This document shows positions 1 through 9,261 of a stretch of 64,000 nt of DNA, one piece after another (position 1 is the stretch's first letter; every line of letters begins with the position of its first letter). The stretch lies in IMG/VR virus record IMGVR_UViG_3300010354_006541, positions 5,855-69,854 of that record; one strand, written 5' to 3'. Under the pieces are notes generated by a model. That model saw only the letters and a list, made by a program, of their open reading frames with translations, was not told where the DNA came from and made no database searches. The position numbers were made by a program, and so were the translations under genes. The stretch is from a virus.

Positions 1-235
1 CCAATGGCCAGCGTTCTTCTATTTCGTTAGGATCTAACCATCCTCCAGCATCACTATCCATGTATTGTCTATCTTCGCAAGTATTATCCCAACCTGCCGG
101 CATGCCATTGTAACCAATACTGATAATTCTATCATCTTTAACAATGATGGCGCCCACGTGCAATCTTTTAGCGTGACTAAGTTCTGCGAATATCTTTGCA
201 GTTTTCATGTACGCATTTTTTAATTTTGTTTTCAT
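1..235 (-). CDS. dCMP deaminase, N-terminal part (runs off window edge)
   Basis: Not in ORF track. Manual translation [54 protein letters not shown] contains the VGA.IV...IIS.GYNG.P.G signature; ATG overlaps upstream TGA. Confidence 0.85.
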   Translation of the reverse strand, partial: MKTKLKNAYMKTAKIFAELSHAKRLHVGAIIVKDDRIISIGYNGMPAGWDNTCEDRQYMDSDAGGWLDPNEIEERWPL

Positions 236-726
236 TCTACCGGATTTCCTTCGTCATCAACTTCTACCCATGTATAATCGCCTAACCATTTTACTTTGCA
301 GATATATTGATAAGTTAGAGGTGCTCCAGTACTCCAATCATTCGGCCCCATATGGCAAAGTATAGTTCTATCTTTGTTTGTTTCGTAGGCTAACCAATAT
401 ATTTTACCATGAAAGGTTTGAAAATCATACTTAGCAGCATGAACAGCATCTGTTATTTCTAATCTACGTTTTATACTTGCCGCTTGTTTTTGTAGAACAG
501 CCACTAATTCCATGATGCGATTATATTCTTGCTGTCCGTGCATACGGGCAACGTTAACCATTATGTCTTTTTGTTTTTCTACAGGAATTAAATCAAAGGC
601 AGGACCGCCTACTTCAGTAGGATAGGGAGTTACATTTTTGTTGAAAAATGCAACAAGACTATCTCCAATCTCAGCATCAAAACTATCTTTGCCTTTGGCG
701 AGATTAGATTTATCTTTTTCAGTCAT
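232..726 (-). CDS. Conserved hypothetical protein (resembles DUF2452 family)
   Basis: 164 aa, coupled to neighbours; [12 protein letters not shown] and KIYWL..LS..GP..W-like pattern recalled from DUF2452. Confidence 0.5.
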   Translation of the reverse strand: MTEKDKSNLAKGKDSFDAEIGDSLVAFFNKNVTPYPTEVGGPAFDLIPVEKQKDIMVNVARMHGQQEYNRIMELVAVLQKQAASIKRRLEITDAVHAAKYDFQTFHGKIYWLAYETNKDRTILCHMGPNDWSTGAPLTYQYICKVKWLGDYTWVEVDDEGNPVE

Positions 727-1040
727 TCTTCTAGATATTGTTTTTTACCCGAAACACCTTTCCAATTGTCGGCATCGGGCAATGACAGTTTTCTTTTAGT
801 GATGTTTGGCCATTGTTGGCTGTATTTGATATTTAAAGGTAACCATTCCTCGGCCGAAGGATCATTGTCTGCTACGATAGCCTCTGCTGGACATTCAGGT
901 ACACATACGGCACAGTCAATACACTCGTCCGGATTAATTACCAGAAAATTAGGTCCTTCATAGAAACAATCAACTGGACATACCTCTACACAATCGGTAT
1001 ATTTGCATTTTACACACTGCTCTGTTACTACGTATGTCAT
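723..1040 (-). CDS. fdxA: 7Fe ([3Fe-4S]+[4Fe-4S]) ferredoxin, FdxA type
   Basis: [29 protein letters not shown]...[13 protein letters not shown] pattern of Azotobacter FdI-type ferredoxins. Confidence 0.92.
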   Translation of the reverse strand: MTYVVTEQCVKCKYTDCVEVCPVDCFYEGPNFLVINPDECIDCAVCVPECPAEAIVADNDPSAEEWLPLNIKYSQQWPNITKRKLSLPDADNWKGVSGKKQYLEE

Positions 1041-1954
1041 TCGATTCTCGATAGTTTAATTAGAGTAGCAGCCAGGTTTATTTCTGGATCAGCACAAAGA
1101 GGATGATCAACAATGCCTTGTTTTATAACTAGCACAGCAGTATCTTGTTGTCGCTCATCGCCAAAGATTTCAATGTTGTTATAAAGCCATGAATAGATTT
1201 CTAGAATTTCTTCTGCTCTTACTTTACCGCAGAGTAATTTTCTTGCTTCCATTATTTTTCCTGCTTTAAATAAACCTACCATATCAAACTTCCAATCAGA
1301 TTCACCTTCATCGCCTTTAGAAGGTGCAACTAATTTATTTCCGATAGAATTTTGTTGTACTAATTGTATACATTTTCTTAGATCTGGATACGCTACCTTA
1401 ACATATAAATCTAAGGTATCGAGATCAAATTCTACATTTTCTTCAACCAATATCGTAGCCACCCTAGCAGTATATTCAGTTTGGTCTGTTTTTTCAAAAT
1501 GTAAAGTTTGAGTTCTACTATGAATCGCAGGAATGATCATGTGCGGGTAATTGCAGGTCAAAATAAATCTTGCAGTCTGATGAAATTCTTCCATGACACC
1601 TCGTAATGCTGCTTGTGCGTTAGGTGATAGATAATCGGCCTCATCCAGCAACACTACCTTGAACGGACCAAACGGAATCATCTGCACAAAATTAGTGATT
1701 TTATTTCGAACATCATCTACTGAATTAGTTCGAGAAGCATTCATCTCTAATACATCATATTCTTCAATACCTAGTTCATTAATTAAAATCTTTGCTAAGG
1801 TAGTTTTACCGATACCGGCATTACCACTTAATAATAGATGAGGAATACTTTTATCTTTAACCCATGTTTCGATTTGCTTTCTCTGATGATCATCTCTAAA
1901 CACATAACCTTCTAGTGTTTTAGGTCGATACTTTTCTACCCAAAGTTCTTTCAT
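1037..1954 (-). CDS. Sliding-clamp loader ATPase subunit (T4 gp44/RFC-like)
   Basis: LWVEKYRP, Walker [10 protein letters not shown], Walker B LLDEAD, AQAALR, IHSR. Confidence 0.92.
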   Translation of the reverse strand: MKELWVEKYRPKTLEGYVFRDDHQRKQIETWVKDKSIPHLLLSGNAGIGKTTLAKILINELGIEEYDVLEMNASRTNSVDDVRNKITNFVQMIPFGPFKVVLLDEADYLSPNAQAALRGVMEEFHQTARFILTCNYPHMIIPAIHSRTQTLHFEKTDQTEYTARVATILVEENVEFDLDTLDLYVKVAYPDLRKCIQLVQQNSIGNKLVAPSKGDEGESDWKFDMVGLFKAGKIMEARKLLCGKVRAEEILEIYSWLYNNIEIFGDERQQDTAVLVIKQGIVDHPLCADPEINLAATLIKLSRIE

Positions 1955-2151
1955 TTTGTATCCTTGTTTGTACTTGCATTCGGCACCGGCGGATTAAATG
2001 CCTTCCAACTTTCTGGAGTGAATATACTTACCGGTTTCCAATATCTATGTAATATGTTGTTAACAAATACTGCGGCAGCAATTACAACAGTAAATCCTAC
2101 TGCTATTAAAATACTTCCGGCTAAAAATACAGCCGCTTGATCCATAGTCAT
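1951..2151 (-). CDS. Small membrane protein
   Basis: One hydrophobic helix; ATGA-type overlaps on both sides. Confidence 0.6.
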   Translation of the reverse strand: MTMDQAAVFLAGSILIAVGFTVVIAAAVFVNNILHRYWKPVSIFTPESWKAFNPPVPNASTNKDTK

Positions 2152-2582
2152 GCTTTAAGTCCTTTTTCTATCTCAGCCGCCACTACTCTGCCTCTGAGTT
2201 CTGTTGTTGAAAAACTATGTTCTCTTTTATTAAAATAAAATTCTATGCCTTTGTTGATACATTCCCATTTACCAGTAAACTCTTTTTCAGCATATTCATC
2301 TCCTAATATTCTAACATTAATAGGATAAGATAGCAAGATATCTACCAATTCTTTTTCAGTGGTATAGGGAATAACTTCATCAATATATTTGCAGGCTTTG
2401 AGTTGAACGAATCTTTCAAATACTGATTGCACCGGTTTATTTTTTTCTGTCGGGCGATCTATAGTCGGGTCAGTTTGTAAACCGACTATTAGATAGTCGC
2501 ATTGTTTTTTTGCTTCCTCTAGCATTAGCAAATGTCCTGCATGAAATAGATCAAAAGTAGAACATGTGAATCCGATTTTCAT
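2148..2582 (-). CDS. Cytidylyltransferase (TagD/RfaE-like HIGH family)
   Basis: TFDLFHAGH, LIVGLQTD, FSTTELR. Confidence 0.85.
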   Translation of the reverse strand: MKIGFTCSTFDLFHAGHLLMLEEAKKQCDYLIVGLQTDPTIDRPTEKNKPVQSVFERFVQLKACKYIDEVIPYTTEKELVDILLSYPINVRILGDEYAEKEFTGKWECINKGIEFYFNKREHSFSTTELRGRVVAAEIEKGLKA

Positions 2583-2980
2583 TGTTCGAATCCCTGTTTG
2601 ATCAATGCCTCTTCTTTACTAACATACGGTTTAAGATTAGGTGGTTCCCAACCTACAGGTTTTAAAACTTTACCATCTTCACGCTTACGAACTTTACCTG
2701 TGTCTTTGTCAATCTTAGCAAAGTTAGTACGCATCACTTCTTTCCACGCACCTTCGGCATCTGCGCCCATGGAATGTATAGCACCTATAGTAACGACCAG
2801 CATGTCGATAAGTGCGTCAAGCATCTCTACTTTATTATGATTAATTATGGCTTGATTTAACTCTTCGGCTTCCTCTTCAATCAATTTCAAATACATATTG
2901 AATTGATCTCTGTTACCTGAATCAACTGATTGATCACAGGCCCGCATGAATTTTTCTTGATCACGAAATGGATTGGTCAT
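2579..2980 (-). CDS. MazG-like / PRA-PH family NTP pyrophosphohydrolase
   Basis: LIEEEAEEL...DALID, EVMRTNFAK, REDGKVLKP.GW.PP. Confidence 0.8.
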   Translation of the reverse strand: MTNPFRDQEKFMRACDQSVDSGNRDQFNMYLKLIEEEAEELNQAIINHNKVEMLDALIDMLVVTIGAIHSMGADAEGAWKEVMRTNFAKIDKDTGKVRKREDGKVLKPVGWEPPNLKPYVSKEEALIKQGFEQ

Positions 2981-2997
2981 AAACTTCCTTTAAGAAT

Positions 2998-3237
2998 TTA
3001 ATCTTTTAGAAGTTTAATTATACGCTTTTGTTCTTGCTCTTTCAACCACTGTTTCTCCATATTGCCGAAGTCTGGAGCAACTTTAAATGCGTGGTCTAAA
3101 GCATCTTTGATAACATACAGATCTTGTTTAAGATACCAACCTGTGAATCCATCATTGTACGGACTGGCACATTCTCTGGCTAGGTTGTTAATTTGGGTAG
3201 CGATATCTGCTGTGTCCCAGTTTTTTTTGAAACCCAT
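2998..3237 (-). CDS. Hypothetical protein
   Basis: 79 aa ORF tiling the operon. Confidence 0.6.
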   Translation of the reverse strand: MGFKKNWDTADIATQINNLARECASPYNDGFTGWYLKQDLYVIKDALDHAFKVAPDFGNMEKQWLKEQEQKRIIKLLKD

Positions 3238-3632
3238 TATCTTATAAAATCTTCAGGACGAATATCAACACCTGTTCCGTGTGCGTACTCTTGTCCTATA
3301 TAAGCATCGTTTGGTCTTTCCGGAGATGTGGCTAAAATACAATTTACGTCAACTTTCTGTACTTCTTTCACTCCGTTGCCGTCATCGATTTTCATTTTCC
3401 TAGTCCATCGACCGTGTTCAATTAATATCCAGTCGCCTACTTTGATGTCTTGTTGTTCGGGCCCTACACAATATACTCGGGCCCATCTAGGTTTAATACC
3501 ATGAACTTTACCGTCGTCACTTTGAATTACGATTCCTGACGATGTGGTAATTTCTCCAAAATCCATGTCAGAGACTAATACATTATCGTGTAGCGCATTT
3601 ATTTTGGTTACTTTAATAGGATCATAAGTCAT
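3237..3632 (-). CDS. groES: Co-chaperonin GroES-like
   Basis: ALHDNVLV, TSSGIVI mobile loop, VYCVGP, IKVGDWIL. Confidence 0.8.
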   Translation of the reverse strand: MTYDPIKVTKINALHDNVLVSDMDFGEITTSSGIVIQSDDGKVHGIKPRWARVYCVGPEQQDIKVGDWILIEHGRWTRKMKIDDGNGVKEVQKVDVNCILATSPERPNDAYIGQEYAHGTGVDIRPEDFIR

Positions 3633-3634
3633 AG

Positions 3635-3859
3635 TTATTTCTTTCTGGATACTAATTCTTCCTTCACTGCACCCGGATTTGTAGCATAGTAATCTTGTAG
3701 CATCTGCTCTTTGGTTTTGACAATCTTCCCGCCCGGCCCTAGTTGGTCGCCACGTGCATTTACTCTAACATTTCCTACAGCAGGTGTTAGTTCGTTTTGT
3801 AGAGTTAATTTTTCCATATCTACAGATTTGCCTCGCATACTTGTATATGTTTTACCCAT
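3635..3859 (-). CDS. Hypothetical phage protein
   Basis: 74 aa ORF tiling the operon. Confidence 0.6.
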   Translation of the reverse strand: MGKTYTSMRGKSVDMEKLTLQNELTPAVGNVRVNARGDQLGPGGKIVKTKEQMLQDYYATNPGAVKEELVSRKK

Positions 3860-4327
3860 TTAAATCTCCTTAAAGAATTCTTCTATTGGTAAGTTGTATT
3901 TAATGCTGTCGATCATGTGTAACCCTAGAAGATGAAGAGCATAACTGGCTACACTTGAACCTCGTCCTACTCCCCATATAATGTTGTTTTTTTCAAAAGT
4001 ATCAACTAGATATTTGACTATTTTGAGCAGATCTAGCATATTATTTTTTTTATAGAGATCGAGTTCTAGTAATAATCTATCACGATTTTCCGAAGGACAT
4101 TTATCTAATAAAAATTTTTCTATATCCTCGTCGAAATAATTCCTAGGAACTAACCATCTATTTTCATTGTTTTCTATTTTTGGAAGAGGATACGGAAGTT
4201 TTTCTAAATCAATTTGATTGAGATAATTTATAATCCAATCTTCCTTGATCGAAAAAAGTTCTAAAGCATTAGGACCGTGTCGTAGAATAGTCTCTGTTAT
4301 TTGATCTTGTGTGTGTTCAGTCGACAT
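3860..4327 (-). CDS. Short DNA polymerase III alpha (DnaE)-like fragment protein
   Basis: RLLLEL...YLVD...WGVGRGSSVASYALHLLGLHMIDSIKYNLPIEEF matches the DnaE GxGRGS..S...Y.LGIT.vDP.ky.L.FERF region; ends before the catalytic PDID. Confidence 0.7.
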   Translation of the reverse strand: MSTEHTQDQITETILRHGPNALELFSIKEDWIINYLNQIDLEKLPYPLPKIENNENRWLVPRNYFDEDIEKFLLDKCPSENRDRLLLELDLYKKNNMLDLLKIVKYLVDTFEKNNIIWGVGRGSSVASYALHLLGLHMIDSIKYNLPIEEFFKEI

Positions 4328-4547
4328 TAATCAGTTGATCCAAATCATTATCTAAGTCAGTTTTTTTAATCTGCGATCTTTTAAATCGCTCTTCCTTATA
4401 CATTATAATGGCTGTTTGGATCTGTGTCAAGTATTCTGGTTTACCTAATCTTGCTGCCGTGAAATATTTTTTAGAAAGTTCTAAAATTTTCTGTTCTAAT
4501 TCAGCATCGCTTAATTCATGTAAATTGTCGATTAATGGATTAAACAT
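4317..4547 (-). CDS. Hypothetical protein
   Basis: 76 aa helical ORF overlapping neighbours. Confidence 0.6.
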   Translation of the reverse strand: MFNPLIDNLHELSDAELEQKILELSKKYFTAARLGKPEYLTQIQTAIIMYKEERFKRSQIKKTDLDNDLDQLINVD

Positions 4548-5320
4548 TAATTAAGATCAGTCCAGACTACAGACGGAGTAATTTGTGTTGCTACCTGTAC
4601 TTTGGTTGTTGTGGTATTCAAAATAATCATACCAACTTCGACACCGACAAGAGCATTTCTTTGCGTGGTAGTTAATGATTTTAATTTTGACACGCTGTCA
4701 ATGTTTGAGTAGGTACTGCTGTCCTTAAATGTTCCTAGATATTTTATAAAGATATCGTCTTTATTGTGACGTATGATTTCTACCATTACAGGTTTTGTTT
4801 CGTTGTCAACAGTTAGTTGTAAGGGGTAAGAGGGAAAATCGTTAAGATAGATTTTACTTACCCCTGATCCTGTTGATAAAAATTCTACTGTGATATTACT
4901 AGCACCAACCTGTTTATAAAGTTCTAATGTAACTCTCCCGCCACTTTCATAAGGAGAAACATCCTCGCCGGGATCTCCAGGAAAAAGTGTAAACGTAAAA
5001 TTAGTCGATTGGCTTAATGAATAAACTTGATAATGTGCGGTCTGAAATTCAATTCCCTGAGTAGCGGCGGCCGGAGTTTGTCTTGTTTGAACAGCGAATC
5101 TAGTATTTGCCAAAACAGCATTTGTGATTTTATTTTTATTAAAATCAGTTACTTGATCGTTCGTTTTAGCAGTATTATTTTGAAGACTTTCGATTTCTTC
5201 TTGGGCGTACCTGAAGTTTGTTTTAATAGAATCAAAATTTCTTCTAAAAGTTTCTGTATCATTATCCTGACCTGCTACAGGAAATGTTTCGTCTATAATT
5301 GCGTAGTTAATATTGCTCAC
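4547..5320 (-). CDS. Putative virion structural (tail/baseplate) protein
   Basis: FPVAGQDNDTETFRRNF N-terminus; C-terminal TTQRNAL..GMIILNTTT..WTDL motif shared with 13442-15946. Confidence 0.6.
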   Translation of the reverse strand: MSNINYAIIDETFPVAGQDNDTETFRRNFDSIKTNFRYAQEEIESLQNNTAKTNDQVTDFNKNKITNAVLANTRFAVQTRQTPAAATQGIEFQTAHYQVYSLSQSTNFTFTLFPGDPGEDVSPYESGGRVTLELYKQVGASNITVEFLSTGSGVSKIYLNDFPSYPLQLTVDNETKPVMVEIIRHNKDDIFIKYLGTFKDSSTYSNIDSVSKLKSLTTTQRNALVGVEVGMIILNTTTTKVQVATQITPSVVWTDLN

Positions 5321-7971
5321 GGTAATTTTTCTCCAATCTGCGGGAATGCTAGATATTTATTTTCTATTTCATTACCTAATATGTCAATTAGGTATCTATC
5401 AATTTCAAAATCGAGTTGATTAAAATTGAAATTTTTTGACCAGATATTAGGTGAAATATCCGGTCGTTGTCCTGCTGTAGCGGCTATAGCGCAGGTATAT
5501 ACTGATCCTTTATAAGACACGGTATCGTCTACGTTATAAGAATTTGTAGAAATCCATTCACCTCTTGATGCTACTGATGTTTTTATATTGATTCTATCAA
5601 TTATACTTTGGGCTGATCCTGGTTTAGCATAGCATAATGGTACTGCTTCAACAAATCCGCTTTCAAAACTATTGTTGTCTTGTAGGCTACGCATCCAGAG
5701 TGGAAGATAACTTCTATCTCTTTCTCCTAATACTTTTATTCTATTCCTCATGTTTTTAATAGAATTTGGAAATAATCTTTGATGGTCTTTATCGCTAACG
5801 AAGGGTATATTGCTATCAACCTTGATAGCATCGTAACTTACAATAATAGGGCTGTTTATTCTGTCATCTAGATTGACAACTGAAGAGATAGACTTTCCTT
5901 TTGAGTTTGTTTTTTCATCTCTAATTTCAACATATACAACTTCGTATATAGTCTCTTGAGTTATAGGATCCTTGGCCTTAGAATATCTAACATCACCGAA
6001 TCTAATTTTTTTCCTATAATGATTTCGACTCATAGCCTGTACAAAATTTACTGCATCCACAGTCTCGATACCGGCATACATTAATATTTTTAATTCGGAT
6101 TGTACTCCGAAGTTTACATCTCCGTATCTAAAAATATCTTCTGGTCTAAATATATTAGAATCTGTAATAAAGTTAAACCATAATAATCTTTTGTTCTTTG
6201 GTTGTAATGCCTTTGCGTAAAGATTAGAAAAAGTTTTATTTGTGACAGAGTTTACTTTTAGGATGAATTGTTTGTCTGATTGTGCAAATCTTGAAGCATC
6301 TCTTGCTCTGATTACAAATTTAAATTGATTATCAAATGATGTTTGTTCACCATCGAATGTTACATTAAATGATCTAGATGCGGCCGAATCTACAGTAGCA
6401 CTGTCTATTTTTTCATAGAATCTAGTTAATCCCGGTCCTTTTGAATCTGCGAATTGTTTTACTTTGCCTTGCAATATTCCTGAACCAGAAAGGGTTAGAC
6501 CTGGCGGAAGCGTTCCTGAAATAAGTTCGTAACTGGTTGTGTTACCATACAATAAACTTTGTGCTTTTACCGAAACAGTACTTGGCTTATTCGGCTCTAT
6601 CGAACCTAAGTCTGAATCGGTCAACCACTCTATAGCACTTTCTATTTCTCCTATTAGAGATATTGTAAAAGTTTTTTTGCTAGTACTTACACTACTAGTC
6701 CAAGTATCTGGATATTCTGTTGGTACCCTATTCCTGTTTTCTTCTTGTGCAATATAAACAAATCCTTCATACACTACTGCCTGATTCGCCGTATACGTGA
6801 TTGAAGCACTCCAATTTCCAACTAGAGTATATGATGCAGATAAAGTTTCAGTTAAGAAATTAACAGCATTAACTGTAAATTTATAATTTTTTGTAACTGC
6901 GGCTTGATAAGGAATACGTCCTGCTATTTCCCCAGTGAGTTGGTCTATGAACATTCCCGGAGGCAATACACTAGGACTACCGTCGTCTGGATTAGTTGTT
7001 TCTAAAAAATAAACCAACGATCCTGCTATTCCCGGCGCCCTATATACATCTAGATAAATTGTTAGATAATTGTTTGCTCTTTGTCTACCAAGGTCACTAG
7101 GAGTAATCCACAACGGTACTCTATTTGAACTTGAATCTGCTGTGAATACGTTTGTATCAACTTGTACTATAGAGTTATCTGATTTTAAAAATTCTTCAGT
7201 AACTACCCACATTCTAAACAGTCTTTTTGTTTCGTTTCTTCCGTCTGTAACTGTTACAACAAATGTATAAGATCTGCTCAATCTTCTAGGAGTATTACTA
7301 GGTTCGTTATAATCAAAAGTTAAAATATCGTAAGTGAAAGTATCAAAACCGTTTGGTCTTGCCTCAAGTTTATCTAATGGTGTTGTATCAAATGATGCAG
7401 TGTCGTAGGCTCCTGATCCTTTATTAATAGATTCAATAGAAAAGATTGGATCTGTAAATCCTGTAATTTTTCCTGATTTTGATAAACTGAGTCCAGGCGG
7501 AAGTTCGCCTCCCATAGGACCAATGTAATATTCTAATATATCGCCGGCAACTATGTCGGGATCTTCTGCTTCTAATTGAAAATCAACTCTAGCATTATCA
7601 AGTACAAAATATGATTTACCTTGTCCTACATTAAGAAATCCTTCTCTGGTAATCCATATAGGGGCATCTGAACCGTCTACTGATAAACTAAATGTACGAT
7701 CTTCTATATCTGTTCCGTCGTCGGCCCTTATAACAAATTTGCTAGTAACGAATGTCTTTACTTCAGCAGGACTTCCGATAATCCGCATTGTCGAGACAGA
7801 ACTATCATGTTGTACAATGGGATCGAGTCTCAATCCTCGTGGTAATCTCCCAGCAATTATACTGAAAGTAATAGGTCCTCTATTAGAAGAAGCATCAATC
7901 GGAATATTAACTGCTATTCTTTCGGTTAATGTTCCAAGGTCTCCGTTTTCGACTTGCCAAGAGATTGTCAC
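5317..7971 (-). CDS. Baseplate/virion protein with putative Ig repeats and CBM5/12-like modules
   Basis: Four LP(P/R)G(L/M)...G.(I/L).G repeats; W....Y.....V.Y.G.VY twice; in structural block. Confidence 0.65.
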   Translation of the reverse strand: MTISWQVENGDLGTLTERIAVNIPIDASSNRGPITFSIIAGRLPRGLRLDPIVQHDSSVSTMRIIGSPAEVKTFVTSKFVIRADDGTDIEDRTFSLSVDGSDAPIWITREGFLNVGQGKSYFVLDNARVDFQLEAEDPDIVAGDILEYYIGPMGGELPPGLSLSKSGKITGFTDPIFSIESINKGSGAYDTASFDTTPLDKLEARPNGFDTFTYDILTFDYNEPSNTPRRLSRSYTFVVTVTDGRNETKRLFRMWVVTEEFLKSDNSIVQVDTNVFTADSSSNRVPLWITPSDLGRQRANNYLTIYLDVYRAPGIAGSLVYFLETTNPDDGSPSVLPPGMFIDQLTGEIAGRIPYQAAVTKNYKFTVNAVNFLTETLSASYTLVGNWSASITYTANQAVVYEGFVYIAQEENRNRVPTEYPDTWTSSVSTSKKTFTISLIGEIESAIEWLTDSDLGSIEPNKPSTVSVKAQSLLYGNTTSYELISGTLPPGLTLSGSGILQGKVKQFADSKGPGLTRFYEKIDSATVDSAASRSFNVTFDGEQTSFDNQFKFVIRARDASRFAQSDKQFILKVNSVTNKTFSNLYAKALQPKNKRLLWFNFITDSNIFRPEDIFRYGDVNFGVQSELKILMYAGIETVDAVNFVQAMSRNHYRKKIRFGDVRYSKAKDPITQETIYEVVYVEIRDEKTNSKGKSISSVVNLDDRINSPIIVSYDAIKVDSNIPFVSDKDHQRLFPNSIKNMRNRIKVLGERDRSYLPLWMRSLQDNNSFESGFVEAVPLCYAKPGSAQSIIDRINIKTSVASRGEWISTNSYNVDDTVSYKGSVYTCAIAATAGQRPDISPNIWSKNFNFNQLDFEIDRYLIDILGNEIENKYLAFPQIGEKLP

Positions 7972-7980
7972 AACAGTTCC

Positions 7981-8526
7981 TTAAGAAAGTATTCCTAGGT
8001 CTAAATTTATATTTCCAGGACGTTCTACAGTGCCGAAATCAACATTAGAGTTAGCAATAGCGAATTGAATAGGATTTGGATACGATCCGGTAATAGGACC
8101 AAAATCCACAGTCCTTAAAATTTGATTTAAATCCAGTACAGTATCAACAGTAATAACTCCACCTGACGCACTAGTTGAAATATTTCTTGTACCTTGCAGA
8201 GTGATATCAGTTTCGGCATCGGCTTCGGCTACACCACTACCGGTGGTGATACTTGTAAATGCATCGGGCTGGGTCGAACTTATTACTAATCCTTGTGGAC
8301 GGTCTTCTATTAAGATTTTTGTACTAGGAATTAGACTTTTGAATTCTAGATTAGATCCTACTTTCTGCTTATAAACGCCAAACCCGCTACCAACATTAGA
8401 TGCTGTTACTGTTAAAAAACTCTGTAATTCTGCGAAGTTAGCATTTACCTTTTGAAACGCAGTGCGCAGATCATCACCTAGTCCGTCGTTGACTACATTT
8501 CCGATATTGATTGTTTGTATGGCCAT
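7981..8526 (-). CDS. Baseplate/fibre-attachment protein with T4 gp9/gp10-like N-terminus
   Basis: INIGNVVNDGLGDDLRTAFQKVNANF. Confidence 0.75.
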   Translation of the reverse strand: MAIQTINIGNVVNDGLGDDLRTAFQKVNANFAELQSFLTVTASNVGSGFGVYKQKVGSNLEFKSLIPSTKILIEDRPQGLVISSTQPDAFTSITTGSGVAEADAETDITLQGTRNISTSASGGVITVDTVLDLNQILRTVDFGPITGSYPNPIQFAIANSNVDFGTVERPGNINLDLGILS

Positions 8527-8555
8527 AATTTACGCTCTCTTTTGTATATTTACCG

Positions 8556-9260
8556 TTATAATCCGTACTTGCTTTTGGTAACATTGTAGTTACGTAGTAC
8601 CTGTTGTGCTGTCAGTGCGTTTCCGTAGCAATAAACTTCAGCAATTTTTCCGTTTAGCAGATTACCGCCAGGAGCAAAACAGGCCAAGTTAACCGATCCA
8701 TCGCCACCGTGTCCTCCTGCGCTGTAGGTAGGATCAAAATCGTTCTGGACACCATTTATATAAAGATAGATCTGCGGGTCTGAAAACACTACTGTAGCAC
8801 AGTACCAAGTGTCAGCATTAAATGATGTGACGCTGCCAAATCCGGGAATATAAGGCGGGCCTACGTTGGAGTTGCCGGCATACAAGGTGGATGTACCACC
8901 AAAAAACATATAGTGTCCACCCGCATCACTGCTGACAAGATTGTTGTCTGCACCTGGAGTTATTTGGAACCACACCATCTTAGTATAGGTATTAGGTGGA
9001 CATACATATGGCGTTGAGCCAGTGCTGTATTGGGTGAATCCGTCAAATGTAAAGTAACTGGGAGAACCTGAAACATAAGTTGGTGAACCCACTAAAGTTT
9101 GATCAGAATTGCCTGTAAGATCATACCAGGTTGATCCAATACCGTTATAACTTGCAGGATCGTTAGCATCAAGATGCATGGTCAATCCTGAAGTGACTAT
9201 ACTATTATATTTGACCACTCTACGACCAAACTTGCCAACACCTGTAAACGAACTTAACAT
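8556..9260 (-). CDS. LamG/concanavalin A-like lectin-domain virion protein
   Basis: GLTMHLDA..ASY.G.GSTWYDLTG, WYCATVV, LYING, G.IAEV..Y..AL...V..NY...KYG; start moved to the ATG at 9260 just after upstream stop. Confidence 0.75.
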   Translation of the reverse strand: MLSSFTGVGKFGRRVVKYNSIVTSGLTMHLDANDPASYNGIGSTWYDLTGNSDQTLVGSPTYVSGSPSYFTFDGFTQYSTGSTPYVCPPNTYTKMVWFQITPGADNNLVSSDAGGHYMFFGGTSTLYAGNSNVGPPYIPGFGSVTSFNADTWYCATVVFSDPQIYLYINGVQNDFDPTYSAGGHGGDGSVNLACFAPGGNLLNGKIAEVYCYGNALTAQQVLRNYNVTKSKYGL

Positions 9261-9261
9261 C

